A DNA stretch of 63,995 nt, counting the filler, from Malassezia furfur (Eukaryota): the NCBI GenBank assembly GCA_052055015.1. It is 15 parts of 15 records of this genome, joined end to end, with 100 filler letters (N's around TTAATTAATTAA, not from the genome) between each part and the next. Parts side by side here need not be neighbours in the genome. Positions count along the whole stretch, not along the records: positions 30,849 to 35,096 come from JBQJIT010000691.1; positions 35,197 to 39,438 come from JBQJIT010000692.1; positions 39,539 to 43,777 come from JBQJIT010000693.1; positions 43,878 to 48,110 come from JBQJIT010000694.1; 11 more parts are not named here. One strand, 5' to 3'. The stretch's first letter is position 1, and every line of letters starts with the position of its first letter. Positions 33,327-43,894 of the stretch are shown in pieces. The position numbers were made by a program, and so were the translations under genes. The notes beneath the pieces were generated by a model. That model was not told the origin of the DNA. It searched no databases and was given only the letters and a program-made list of their open reading frames with translations.

Positions 33327-35096
33327 ATGAGCCCCAAACCCCGTGCCGATCCGCCGGGCGATCCGGCCGAGGCGGCGCCCAAGACTTTGTGGATCCCTTG
33401 GCGCACAGACCGCGGCGCGCCGCCGCCCGACGTGCCGCCCGCGCCTCGTGCCGACGAGGCAGCCAAGAACGAGCCTGCGCCTATTCCCAACCCTGCGCCA
33501 GCACCCGACGAGGTGCAGGGCGCCGGCGATGCGCCCAAGGCGCCGGAACCGGCGCCGGCGCGGCCGACCTGGCGCGCCGGTGTGCCTTTGCCGGCGCTGC
33601 CCAAGCTTGCGTGGCGCTCAGCACCGGCTGCGGATGCAGCGCCTGTACGCGGCACGAGCCAGGTGCTGCCGAGCTTTGACGAGACGTTTGCGCGACCCCC
33701 CCGCGTTTGGCCGCCGCATGCCAGCTGGTGGGAGCGTACGGTGGGCACCGTGCAAGCGTACCTCTTCCCCCCTCGCGACGGCGACGCGCGACGCCGTCCG
33801 CGGCTCACCACGTCGCTGCCACGCCAGTCGGAGCGTGGCTCGGCCGCACCGCATTTGCACGCCGAGCACGAGCAGGCGATGCCGCGTGCGTACCGCGTGC
33901 TGGGCGACGCGAACGCCGCGTCGCACGCCTATGCACGCGTGCGCAAGGTGGTGGTGATTGGCGTGCACGGGTGGTACGCGCAGGGCATCTTTAAGAATGT
34001 GATTGGCGCACCCGTCGGCACGTCGATGCGCTTTGCGACGATGATGGCCGCGAGTGTGCGCGAGCACTTTGCCGAGGCCGGGCATGCGCTGCCCGACGAC
34101 GCGCTGACCCTGATTGCGCCGCAGCACGACGGGCGCGTCGGGGACCGGACGCAGGCGTTCTTTGGCGAGATCGTCGGCAACGAGGCGTGGGTGCAGGCGC
34201 TGCGTGAGGCCGATGCGGTGCTTGTGGCGGCGCACAGCCAGGGCGCGGTGGTCTCGACGCTGCTCGTGCACCGCCTGCTGCGCGAGGGTGTGGTGGACGC
34301 GCGGCGCGCGCGCGTGTGTGTGCTGAGCATGTGCGGGATCTACCAAGGTCCGTTTGTGCACCTGCAAAGCAGCCTGGCGTCGTCGTACATCAACTACTTT
34401 GAGACGCGTGCGGCGCGCGAGCTGTTCGCCTTCCAGACGTCCGACTCATCCGTGTCGATGCAGCACCGGGACGCGTACGCGGCGAACCTCGCGGCAGGCG
34501 TCAAGATGGTGCACGTCGGGTCGATGGACGACAACGTTGTGCCGCTGTACAGTGCGCTGTACGCCTCGGCCGCGCATCCGAGCATCTTGCGCGCCGTGTA
34601 CGTGGACGGCGTGGCGTTCCCCCGCGCCGACTTCCTGACGAGCCTGCTGGTGCTGTGTGTTGCGGTGCGCAACGGCGGCTTCCACGACCACAATCTGCTG
34701 ACGCTGCTCAGTGCCTCGGTGGCCGGCTCGCTGCTCGGTGGCCTGGGCCACTCGCTCGTGTACGACGAGGCGGCCGTGTATGGACTGGCGACGCGCTACC
34801 TGTTTGAGACGAACTCGCCGCGGCGCTCGGGTGCGACGCATATACCCCTCACGACGACGCCGTTTGCGGCGCAGCGCTGGAACCCGTACGAGCTGCCGTG
34901 GGCGCTACGGGGTCTGCTTGACGACGAGACGATCCGCTACTTTTTCCGCGACGACATGGCCGAGGTGGTGCGCGACTATGCGAGCTGGCACCCCACGACG
35001 AAGCCGCTGCGCGACCTGCAGTGGCGCCTGTCGCCGGTGCGTGCGCTTGCGCCGCGCGGCGCGGACGACGCGGAAGCGCGACGCGGCGCGGCCGCG
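33327..35096 (+). CDS. YML020W-like fungal alpha/beta-hydrolase-fold protein, 3'-truncated
   Basis: VIGVHGW..IGAPVGTS..F, AHSQG nucleophile elbow, GSMDDNVVPLYS, HPSILRAVYVDG, NPYELPWALRG. Confidence 0.7.
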
Positions 35097-35196
35097 NNNN
35101 NNNNNNNNNNNNNNNNNNNNNNNNNNNNNNNNNNNNNNNNTTAATTAATTAANNNNNNNNNNNNNNNNNNNNNNNNNNNNNNNNNNNNNNNNNNNN

Positions 35197-36675
35197 GCGA
35201 CGCCGCGCGCCTCGCCGCCGCCGCCCGGCGCGCGCGCCGAGGAGATGGACCTCACCGAGCAGATGTACGGCGCGGACCTTGCGGCGTTTGGCGCGGAGCG
35301 CGACGCGGAGCGCGACGGGCTCGGCGAGACGAACCAGTCGCTGGACGCGGCGGCGTGGGCGTCGGCCGCGCAGGCGCAGGCGTCGCGCGCGGACGTCTCG
35401 CTCGAGGAGTATGCGCAGCGCATGCGCACGGCGGCGGTGATGCTGGCGCAGCTGAACTCGCGCACCGCGACGCAGCAGCCCATCATGACGCACACGCCCG
35501 CGACGCCCGCGCCGCAGGGGTGGGCGAGCTGGATCGTCGGCACGCCCGCGCCCGAGGCGGACGGCGCGCCGGCGGCGGTGAGCGCCGCCAAGGTGCTCTC
35601 GGCCGACACGCACACCATCCGGCAGCGGATCATGGACGAGATGGCGGCGCTCGAGGAGCAGCGCATGGCGCGCATGAAGCAGGGCGGCGCGTTCTTTGCG
35701 CGGCACCGGCCGAACCAGCTCGCGGCCGAGGACGAGACGGCGGTGCTGCGCGCGGTGAACAAGGACGACCCGTCCGCGGCGTACTTCCGCGAGTCGTGGA
35801 CCGCCAAGTGCGCGCGCATCCGCGCCTCGTCGCCGTACGGCCACCTGCCGCACTGGGACCTGTTCTCGGTGATCGTCAAGACGGGCGCGGACCTGCGGCA
35901 GGAGCAGTTCGCCGTGCAGCTCATCCGCGAGTTCCAGCGCGTCTGGGCGGACGGCGGCTCGCGGTGCTGGGTGCACTACTTCCGCATCGTCGTGCTCAAC
36001 GAGGACGCGGGCCTCATCGAGACCATCCGCGACGCGGTGTCGGTGCACTCGATCAAAAAGGACGCGTACGCGCGGCAGCTCGGCGGGCAGGCGATGGCCA
36101 CCTACACGCTCTACGACCACTTTGTGCAGACCTACGGCGAGCCGCACACGCCGCGCTTCCGCGCGGCGCGCCGCGCATTCACCGAGTCGCTCGCGGGCTA
36201 TGCGATCGTGACGTACCTGCTGCAGATCAAGGACCGGCACAACGGCAACATCCTCGTGGACGCCGCCGGGCACCTCATCCACATCGACTTTGGGTTCATG
36301 CTCGGCATCTCGCCGGGCGGCGTCGGCTTCGAGGCCGCGCCGTTCAAGCTGCCCAAGGACTACATCGAGATCCTCGGCGGGATGGACAGCGACGGCTTCC
36401 GCGCCTTCCAGCAGCTCATGCGCCAGGGCTTCCGCGACGTGCGCAAGCATGCCGAGCGCTTCATCATGCTCGTGGAGCTCATGCAGAAGGACTCCAAGCT
36501 CCCGTGCTTTGCGCTCGGCGACCTCGCCACCGCCAACCTGCGCGACCGCTTCCAGCTGACGCTCACCGCCGCGCAGTGCGACGAGTTCGTCGACCGGCTC
36601 ATCCTCAGCTCGGCCGGCAGCGCCTTTACGCGCCTGTACGACCAGTACCAAAACTTCACGCAGAACATCTTGTAA
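35197..36675 (+). CDS. PIK1: Phosphatidylinositol 4-kinase Pik1, 3' part
   Basis: VIVKTGADLRQE, IKDRHNGNIL, HIDFGFML, FEAAPFKL. Confidence 0.95.
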   Translation, partial: ATPRASPPPPGARAEEMDLTEQMYGADLAAFGAERDAERDGLGETNQSLDAAAWASAAQAQASRADVSLEEYAQRMRTAAVMLAQLNSRTATQQPIMTHTPATPAPQGWASWIVGTPAPEADGAPAAVSAAKVLSADTHTIRQRIMDEMAALEEQRMARMKQGGAFFARHRPNQLAAEDETAVLRAVNKDDPSAAYFRESWTAKCARIRASSPYGHLPHWDLFSVIVKTGADLRQEQFAVQLIREFQRVWADGGSRCWVHYFRIVVLNEDAGLIETIRDAVSVHSIKKDAYARQLGGQAMATYTLYDHFVQTYGEPHTPRFRAARRAFTESLAGYAIVTYLLQIKDRHNGNILVDAAGHLIHIDFGFMLGISPGGVGFEAAPFKLPKDYIEILGGMDSDGFRAFQQLMRQGFRDVRKHAERFIMLVELMQKDSKLPCFALGDLATANLRDRFQLTLTAAQCDEFVDRLILSSAGSAFTRLYDQYQNFTQNIL

Positions 36676-36827
36676 TCGGTAGGCGACCTGCAACGGTTTG
36701 TAAAGTACACGGCGGGCCGGGCATGCGCGCGGCCAGGAGGCGCCTATGGGACAGGGGCACGCGCCCGCCCCGGGCGCGCGTTTTTCGGGGGTTTTTTGGA
36801 CGGGGGCCCTGCGGCGGGCGGCGCCGC

Positions 36828-38942
36828 TCAGTGGTCGAGCGTGTGTGCGTGCTTCGACATGCCACGCAGCTTCTTGCCGTAGCGCGTCAGCACAAAGGGG
36901 ATCGGCAGCATCAGCAGCGCAATAAAGCCGAGCAGCGTCGACGCCCAGCGCGGGTCGAGCTTGTGGTACATCTGCGAGCCAAACATCGGGAAGCCCACAC
37001 CGAACGCGGACCGCACCACGGTGTTGGCCGCGATCGCACTCGCGGCGCTGAACAGGTACACCTCGGTGATGTACACCATCAGCCCCAGGAAGATGAGGTA
37101 CTGCGCCATGCCAAACACGCCGCCGGCCACGAGCGGCGCCCAGTAGCTCACCGACGGCCACGACGTCCAGGCGAACCAGAACAGCGAGATGACGAGCAGC
37201 GGCCCGCCGATGCTGGCCATGTGCAGGCGCACCTCGGGCGACGGCGGCTTGCCGCCGTTCTCCTCCATCTTGCGGATGTAGCGCTTGTTGTCGTAAAAGA
37301 CGGCCCACAGCGCCGACAGCTGCGTCCCGACAAAGTAGCCCAGGAACGTCAGCCCGATCGAGCCGGCGCGCATGTGGTGCAGCTCGCCAAACACGATCGG
37401 GTACGCGTCAAACAGCAGGTACAGCGTGCCGTACACGAACGAAATGTACAGCGTCACGGCGATCAGCATGGGCTCCGCAAAGAACAGGCGCACGGGCTTG
37501 CCGACGATCGACGAGACGAGCTCGAGCGGCGCCTGCCGCTCGCGCACCTCGATCGGCGCCACATAGCGGTCATCGCCCGTCTCGCGGCGCAGGCGCTCCG
37601 CCTTGTACTTGAGGCGGATCGCGTCGAGCGTCTCGACCATGGTGAACGCCGCCGCAAAGATGAAGAAGCCCGACATGCACGACGTCACGCGGAAGATCCA
37701 GCGCCAGTGCGCGTGCGCCTGCTCGATGTAGCCACCGACAATCGGGCCCAGGCACGGGCCGGCCATGGGCGCCACGGCAAACATCGCAATGCTCACAATC
37801 AGGTACCGGATCGAGTACAGGCTCGCGACCATCGGCGCGACGTTCGACATCGGGCACGAGCCAAACGCACCCGCCAGCAGACGGAACACGATCAGCGCAC
37901 CAATGTTCGGCGCAAACGCACAGCCCAGGTTGAACGCGGTAAAGCCGGTCATCGACGCGACAAACGTCCACTTGTGGCCGTAGCGCTCCGCAATCGGCGC
38001 CCAGACGAGCGGCGCAAAGCAGAAGCCGCCGACAAACAAGAACGTCGACGCCTTGACCACCTCCTCGGTCGTGTTGAACTCGCGCATGATCTGCGGGATC
38101 AAAAACGAGGGACTCGACGAGGCAAACGCGGTCGTGAGCGTCATCAGACTGCCCAGCGCCGTGAGGTACATGCGGTAGACAAACGGCAGGTTGATCGCGT
38201 GCTCGGGATCCTTGTATCCGTCCCAGCGCACCATGATGCGGCCCTTCTCGTCGACCTGCGGCGCCGCCGCCGGCGCCAACCCCGCCTTGGTTACCTGCGC
38301 CATGTCGTCCTCCCCGTCGTCGCCGTCGCCCTGCTTCTCCACATCCTTGTCGGACGAGTTGCGCGCGCGGCCGGTGTCGGGCTGCGCCGTCCGGTCGCTG
38401 TCGTCGTCCACGACGGTAAAGCCCTGCGCCTTGGGGTCGCTCAGCCCGCCACGCACGGCATCGTGCGAGTACGCGCCCTGCGCCAAATCGCTCTTGCGCA
38501 CCGGCACATTGCCGTCGAGGCCCTCTGCCGGCTTCGGGCCGCGCGAGCCAAACAGCGACGACGATACCGAGCCGCGCTCACCGCCCACCGACACGGGCAC
38601 CTGCGAGTACGGCGCGCTGGGCAGGTGCTGGGGGGAGGCGCCCGTCGGCGCATACGCATCCGTAGGCGCACTGCCCCCGCTGGCGGTCGCCGGCGCGCCC
38701 GGCGCACCGCTGCCATACGCGACGCTGGTCGCGGGCACGCTGCCCGACAGGGATAAGCTCGTGATCGGTGGCGCGCCCGTGGTGGGTCCCGTGTGGACGG
38801 TCGGCGCGGTGCCAGCGTAGACCGTGGAGCCGGACGGCAGCGAGCTCAGGTCGCCGGCAGGCGTCTGCGGCGCATCATAGAACGGCTTGTCGCCGCCGGC
38901 CGTCGAGACCGATGCGGGCGTCTCACTTCGCGAGGCGCTCAT
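36828..38942 (-). CDS. MFS drug:H+ antiporter (DHA1 family) with a long disordered N-terminus
   Basis: WDGYKDPEH, WAPIAERYG, GPCLGPIVGG, WRWIF, PEVRL, ASAIAANTVVRS; about 12 hydrophobic helices. Confidence 0.92.
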   Translation of the reverse strand: MSASRSETPASVSTAGGDKPFYDAPQTPAGDLSSLPSGSTVYAGTAPTVHTGPTTGAPPITSLSLSGSVPATSVAYGSGAPGAPATASGGSAPTDAYAPTGASPQHLPSAPYSQVPVSVGGERGSVSSSLFGSRGPKPAEGLDGNVPVRKSDLAQGAYSHDAVRGGLSDPKAQGFTVVDDDSDRTAQPDTGRARNSSDKDVEKQGDGDDGEDDMAQVTKAGLAPAAAPQVDEKGRIMVRWDGYKDPEHAINLPFVYRMYLTALGSLMTLTTAFASSSPSFLIPQIMREFNTTEEVVKASTFLFVGGFCFAPLVWAPIAERYGHKWTFVASMTGFTAFNLGCAFAPNIGALIVFRLLAGAFGSCPMSNVAPMVASLYSIRYLIVSIAMFAVAPMAGPCLGPIVGGYIEQAHAHWRWIFRVTSCMSGFFIFAAAFTMVETLDAIRLKYKAERLRRETGDDRYVAPIEVRERQAPLELVSSIVGKPVRLFFAEPMLIAVTLYISFVYGTLYLLFDAYPIVFGELHHMRAGSIGLTFLGYFVGTQLSALWAVFYDNKRYIRKMEENGGKPPSPEVRLHMASIGGPLLVISLFWFAWTSWPSVSYWAPLVAGGVFGMAQYLIFLGLMVYITEVYLFSAASAIAANTVVRSAFGVGFPMFGSQMYHKLDPRWASTLLGFIALLMLPIPFVLTRYGKKLRGMSKHAHTLDH

Positions 38943-39094
38943 CGTATAGCGCAAGACAGAAGGAGGCGGCACAGAAATTTTTCGTGCGCTTCCTGTTGTT
39001 TTTGAGGCCCTACCTATCTCCGCGCTGGGCCCCGGGGCACCGTGCGTGGGCGGTTCCTCCACCGGCACCCCCCTCCTATTTTTAGACGCCGAAT

Positions 39095-39102
39095 TGACGT
39101 CA
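39095..39102. promoter_or_regulatory. CRE-like palindrome TGACGTCA overlapping an ATTGG (CCAAT box), upstream of the DHA1 transporter
   Basis: Perfect ATF/CREB site about 150 bp upstream of the transporter ATG. Confidence 0.35.
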
Positions 39103-39348
39103 TTGGAAAACGGGGCGGCGACGCCATTAAGGCCGCGCTTGCGCCCAGCGCGCGAGCCAGTCCGATGCGCGGCCGCCCGCGCGGCAGCGCGGACGCACGG
39201 CGCACGCATGCGACGCCGGTCTGAGCGCGCACGCCGTTCGCGGAGGCGCGGTCGCGCCAAGACAGGAACTGCACGGGGCAAAATAGGTATACAGGAAGGA
39301 GGCGTCTATGGACCACACACGCCAACAACGCCGCGCAACGTGCGTGGC

Positions 39349-39438
39349 CTACATGGCCAGCTCGGCCTGCAGCGCACGCAGCTCCTCGTCCTCGTCCAGG
39401 TCCGTGCGCGCGGCCTGCGGCGCGGCGGCGGTCGCCGG
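39349..39438 (-). CDS. SNF7: Probable ESCRT-III Snf7/Vps32 C-terminal fragment
   Basis: Reads ..DLDEDEELRALQAELAM-stop, resembling the Snf7 C-terminal helix. Confidence 0.6.
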   Translation of the reverse strand, partial: PATAAAPQAARTDLDEDEELRALQAELAM

Positions 39439-39538
39439 NNNNNNNNNNNNNNNNNNNNNNNNNNNNNNNNNNNNNNNNNNNNTTAATTAATTAANNNNNN
39501 NNNNNNNNNNNNNNNNNNNNNNNNNNNNNNNNNNNNNN

Positions 39539-40199
39539 TGGACGTCTCGTACGGGTTCGTCGACATGCCCGCGGTGAGATCCGCCAGAAGCGCGGCGTTG
39601 CGCGACGGCTGGCGCTCGCGGTTGCGTGCATTGCGCGACGGGCGTGCATCGGGGTCGTACAGCACCGGCGCCACCTTGGGCGGCTTGTATGTCGCGCCCT
39701 CTTCCTCTTCGTCCTCCTCCTCGTCGGCTGCACGTCCAGGTGCGCCGCCCGCAGACGCAAGCGCCTCTGGGTTCGGACGGAATGCCAGCGGGTCGATCTC
39801 TTCGTCCTCGGGCAGCGCCTTTTCGGCGGCGCTCGCGGCCTGAAGCAGCTTCTCGACCTGGTACTTGATACGCGTCTCCATCGGCCGCATTTTCTCCAGG
39901 ACCAGGCGCAGCTTCACAAGCCGCTCGACATACTCGGCGCCCACATTGTCTGTCAGAGACTTGCCCGACACGCGGTGCGCACACAGGAGCGCCATATGAT
40001 GCAAGTACGCGAGCAATGCGTCGACCTTGACGGTGAGCAACGAAAGGCCATCGGGGAACTCGAGCTGGTTGTTGTCCGAACTGCATGAGCGTGCCACGTA
40101 CGAGTCCTTTAGTTTGTCGACCTGCGGACGCACATCCTGGAGACTCTTGGCGATTGCCGCGCCAAGCGCCGCGACCTCGCTGCCGAGTGCACTCGCCAT
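39539..40199 (-). CDS. LCP5: Neuroguidin/Lcp5 (Sas10/Utp3/C1D family), 5' part
   Basis: GLSLLTVKVDALLAYL, RLVLEKMRPMETRIKYQVEKLL, LAFRPNP, YKPPK; probable 21-nt intron 40081-40101. Confidence 0.85.
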
Positions 40200-40290
40200 G
40201 GAGGATGCGAAGCCACAAAGGAAAAGTACGGGACACGTGATCTATGTATTGGGTCTCGCACGGACGTCGCGAAGAAAAGGTAAAGCCATG

Positions 40291-42097
40291 TTAAAAGACG
40301 AGGTAGGCAATGTTGAGCAGCGGGAAACCGATCATCATTCCAATCCAGAAGAGCAGATTGCCCAGCGTGGGATTGTTTTTGATGAACTTGGTTTGTGCAA
40401 GTATAATCAGCGGGTACTGCGACATTTGTGCCATGAAGAGATATCCGCGCACTTTGCCGCTCACGATGATCATCACAATCTCGTGCAGAATCGAGGAGAA
40501 GAAGAAGGTGAGAAGCGCCGCGTGGCGCTTCGACACGCCCCAATTGAAAATCAGTGTAACGTAGACGTGCTCCAGCAGGAAGTGGTGGACGGGCTGCGTG
40601 AGTGCGGCGACATACCCTGTTCCACTTGCGCGAGAACTCATCCATCGACCTCGAGTTCCACCAATCTTGGTAGAACTCGCGGTCTGCAAAGCGCGTCAGC
40701 TCCGCAAACCCGTTGCAGATGCATTCGAACATCAGGTAGAAAATCAGCAAATACTAACGTCAGCGCGGCACGTACGCAAAGCATCATGGGCGGGCCGAGA
40801 CGCAGAAACACCGTGATAAAATCGTTGTCTTCATCGATCGTTACCGGCATAATGAGGTTCACCGTAACCACGTAGAGCACGAAAAAGGTACCGAACAAGG
40901 CAAACGTGCGCTCCAGCACGTACTCGGGGCGCACGCGGTCCGTGCGCGGGTACTGCAGCTTGTATACCAGCGACGGCACGAGCTGGAAATCCCAAAAGTT
41001 GGCGACCGACACGTTGTATGGCCACATGGGTCCGAGGTTGTTGTGTTGATCCAGGTCAGGGTAAAGCAGCTCGCGCAGCTGCGCAATCTGCATCGCCAAC
41101 TGCTTGGTGGTTGGGTCGGGATGCCACGCGAACGGATGCGGATCGCGCACGTCGTGGCTCTTGAGCCCGACGTCCGACTTTTTCGGGTGCTCGGACAGCT
41201 TCTCGTGGTCGAGTGCCGCCACCAGGCGCTGGTGCTCGGGCATGGGCGAGCGCGCGCGGGGGATTTGACTGTGGAGGCGGGGTAGGCACTTGTGGGCGCG
41301 CTCCATGGAGCTGCCGGTCTGCATCGAGCGCGAGGACCACACCTCGAACGGGTCATCCTGGGGCATATCGTCGGACGCCGCAAGCGGTGATGGCGCTGGG
41401 CAGATGCTCGAGTCGCGCACCGCACGTGCCCATGCCTCGTTGACGTCGGTGTTGTAAAATTCGGCAAGGCGCTTGACGAGCTTGCCTTCGGCGACCTCCA
41501 TGTCGTTGTAAGCGTCGGACATGATGCCGTTGACCATCATGTAGCTGTGCACCTTCATCATCATGACGAACGAGTGCATCACGAAAAAGCCCGACTGCAC
41601 CCAGGGCCACTCGCTGCGTGAGTTGGGCCACGTACCGGACGCGTGTCCAGGCAATAACCATGCCGATCATCACGCAGTGCCAAAGCCAGAGGAAGATGAT
41701 CTGGCGTCCTTGGTACCGGAAGCGATACTTGTGCAGGATCTTTACGCACGGCACCGTGACAAAAGTGCCCGACACAAGGACGGCGTCGCTCAGTGCGAGC
41801 ATCATCGCGTCGCGGCTCATGAGTGACGCGAATGTCATGCTGAGCAGCTCGCCCGTGGAATGCCACGATTGCATGAACAGATTGAGCACTAGGATGGCCA
41901 CGCATAACCAGAAAAGGGTGTAAAAGCCGCGGAATCTGGTGAGCGTAGCGCGGTACGTACGTGTCCTTCGATGTGACGGCATTGTCTCGGTCTAGCATGG
42001 AGACGCGAGGCACATAGGTCACGGAGTTCGGCAGGCGTCTGCCTTCGAACCCGTTCTGCGCCACGGCAGCGCCTTTCTCAGGAGATGGTTGTGCCAT
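40291..42097 (-). CDS. ARE2: Sterol O-acyltransferase (MBOAT, Are1/Are2 family)
   Basis: FRGFYTLFW, MKVHSY, YPRT, AELTRFADREFYQDWWN, WNRPVH, SSILHE. Introns 41936-41960, 41614-41635, 40754-40775, 40594-40615; probable 5'UTR intron 42110-42136. Confidence 0.92.
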
Positions 42098-42298
42098 TCC
42101 AGGGCCGATCTGAAGAGGTGCGGGAATTAGACTTACCCTTTTTAGACGTCCGCACGGCCGCTCGCCGCGCGCTGCGGTCTGTAGATCCGCCACCTCCACT
42201 TACTAAGCCCCCGCGGGATTTACGTCACTTGTATGGCAACTCCGCGGAGCCGTCAAGGCCGTGTACGACGGCTTGCGCCGGATGTAGCACGCACGGTA

Positions 42299-43297
42299 AT
42301 GTCCGAATTTGGACTGATCCTCACCCTCATTTTTGGCGGGTGTTGCAGCAATGCGTGGGCGCTCGAGCTCACGACAAAGCTGCTACCCGCCTCGGGCACG
42401 CTGCTCACGCTCGTCCAGTTTGTCGCGACCGCGTTCGTCGCGTTGCTGGGCGAGCTGGAGTGGCGCACGGCGCACAACATACCCTATCCTAAGCTCAAGC
42501 GGCCGGCCGTCCCCCTGAGGCGGTGGGTGGTGCAGGTGGTGCTGTACTTTGCCACCAGCCTGCTGAACAATACGGCGTTTGCGTACGACATCCCCATGTC
42601 GGTGCACATCGTGTTCCGGAGCGGCGGCATGGTCGTCAATATGCTGCTCGGCTACGCCGTCGACCGCAAGCGGTACTCGGCGCTGCAGGTTTTGAGCGTC
42701 GCGCTCGTGACCGCGGGCGTCGTCGTCGCGACGCTGTCGGCGGCGCACCCTGCGCACACCGCGGTGGGGTCTGCGGAGCAGTACGCGACGGGCGTGCTGC
42801 TGCTGAGCCTTGCGCTGCTCTCGTCGGGCGTGATGGGCATCTTCCAGGAGCACACGTACGCTATGTACGGGCGCGAGCACTGGCACGAGGCGCTCTTCTA
42901 CTCGCACCTCTTTGCGCTGCCGCTCTTTCTTGTGAACGCGCGCGGCCTTGCAGCGCAGGTGCGCGAGGCGAATGCGACGCCGCTGCAGTGGGTGGGTGTC
43001 GGCGGGCTCGGCGTGCGCGTGCCGTCGTACTACGTTGTGCTTACGCTCAATGTCCTCACGCAGCTGCTGTGTGTCAACGGCGTCAACCGCTTGACCTCGC
43101 GCGTGTCGAGTTTGAGCGTGTCGCTCGTGCTCGTCGTGCGCAAGGCCGCGAGCCTGGTCATCTCCGTGGTGGTGCTCAACGGGCACGCGGGAAATGTAGC
43201 ATTATGGAGCGGTGCTGCAGCCGTCATGATCGGCACCGTGGGGTATACGTACGGCGGCCTGCAGCGCGCCCCCAAAATCCGCAGCAAGGAGGCATGA
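42299..43297 (+). CDS. YEA4: UDP-GlcNAc/UDP-xylose transporter (Yea4/SLC35B4)
   Basis: IFGGCCSN, HIVFRSGG, WHEALFYSH, NVLTQLLCVNGV, VRK. An alternative upstream ATG lies at 42233. Confidence 0.9.
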   Translation: MSEFGLILTLIFGGCCSNAWALELTTKLLPASGTLLTLVQFVATAFVALLGELEWRTAHNIPYPKLKRPAVPLRRWVVQVVLYFATSLLNNTAFAYDIPMSVHIVFRSGGMVVNMLLGYAVDRKRYSALQVLSVALVTAGVVVATLSAAHPAHTAVGSAEQYATGVLLLSLALLSSGVMGIFQEHTYAMYGREHWHEALFYSHLFALPLFLVNARGLAAQVREANATPLQWVGVGGLGVRVPSYYVVLTLNVLTQLLCVNGVNRLTSRVSSLSVSLVLVVRKAASLVISVVVLNGHAGNVALWSGAAAVMIGTVGYTYGGLQRAPKIRSKEA

Positions 43298-43307
43298 GCA
43301 TAGACCT

Positions 43308-43777
43308 TTACGTTTTCGGCGTGGCCTCTGCGCGCGCATTGTCTGCACACACCGCCTGCACCGTGTCGGGCGCCGCCTCGCCGAGCGCCGGGCACGACAG
43401 GGCCGCGGGCGCGCGGGTATACGCGAGGTGCACCACGTCGCGGTGGTCGCTGCACACCGCCTCGAAGGCCACGGGCGTCGCGGAGCCGTGCTCGATCGCG
43501 TACCATTGCGTGTCGTCGAGCACGTACGCGCCGTCGCCCGCGCCGCCCGCGACGAGCACCGCACACAGCGTGTACTGCGCGCGCGCGTCGTGCGCTTCGG
43601 GCACAGCCGCGACCAGCGCGCGGTGCGTCGCGCGTATCTCGTCGTGCAGCATGCGCAGCCGCGCGTCGAGCGCGTCGAGGTCGTGCGCGAGCGCCGCGTC
43701 GACGTCCGCAAGCCACGCGGCGAGCGGCGCATACGCCTCGCCCGCGTCGCGCACGACCTCGACGCGCTCGACGCGCG
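43308..43777 (-). CDS. C-terminal fragment of a USP-like (ubiquitin hydrolase fold) protein, catalytic residues apparently absent
   Basis: Coiled coil followed by YTLCAVLV..YV..WY..V..LAYTR..V.ADN, resembling the USP His-box region. Confidence 0.45.
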
Positions 43778-43894
43778 NNNNNNNNNNNNNNNNNNNNNNN
43801 NNNNNNNNNNNNNNNNNNNNNTTAATTAATTAANNNNNNNNNNNNNNNNNNNNNNNNNNNNNNNNNNNNNNNNNNNNTCCCCCCTCCCACGGCC

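Noticed and set aside
31618..43297. UDP-glucose dehydrogenase plus nucleotide-sugar transporter as a glycan or capsule cluster
   Set aside because: They are on separate contigs; the adjacency is artificial.
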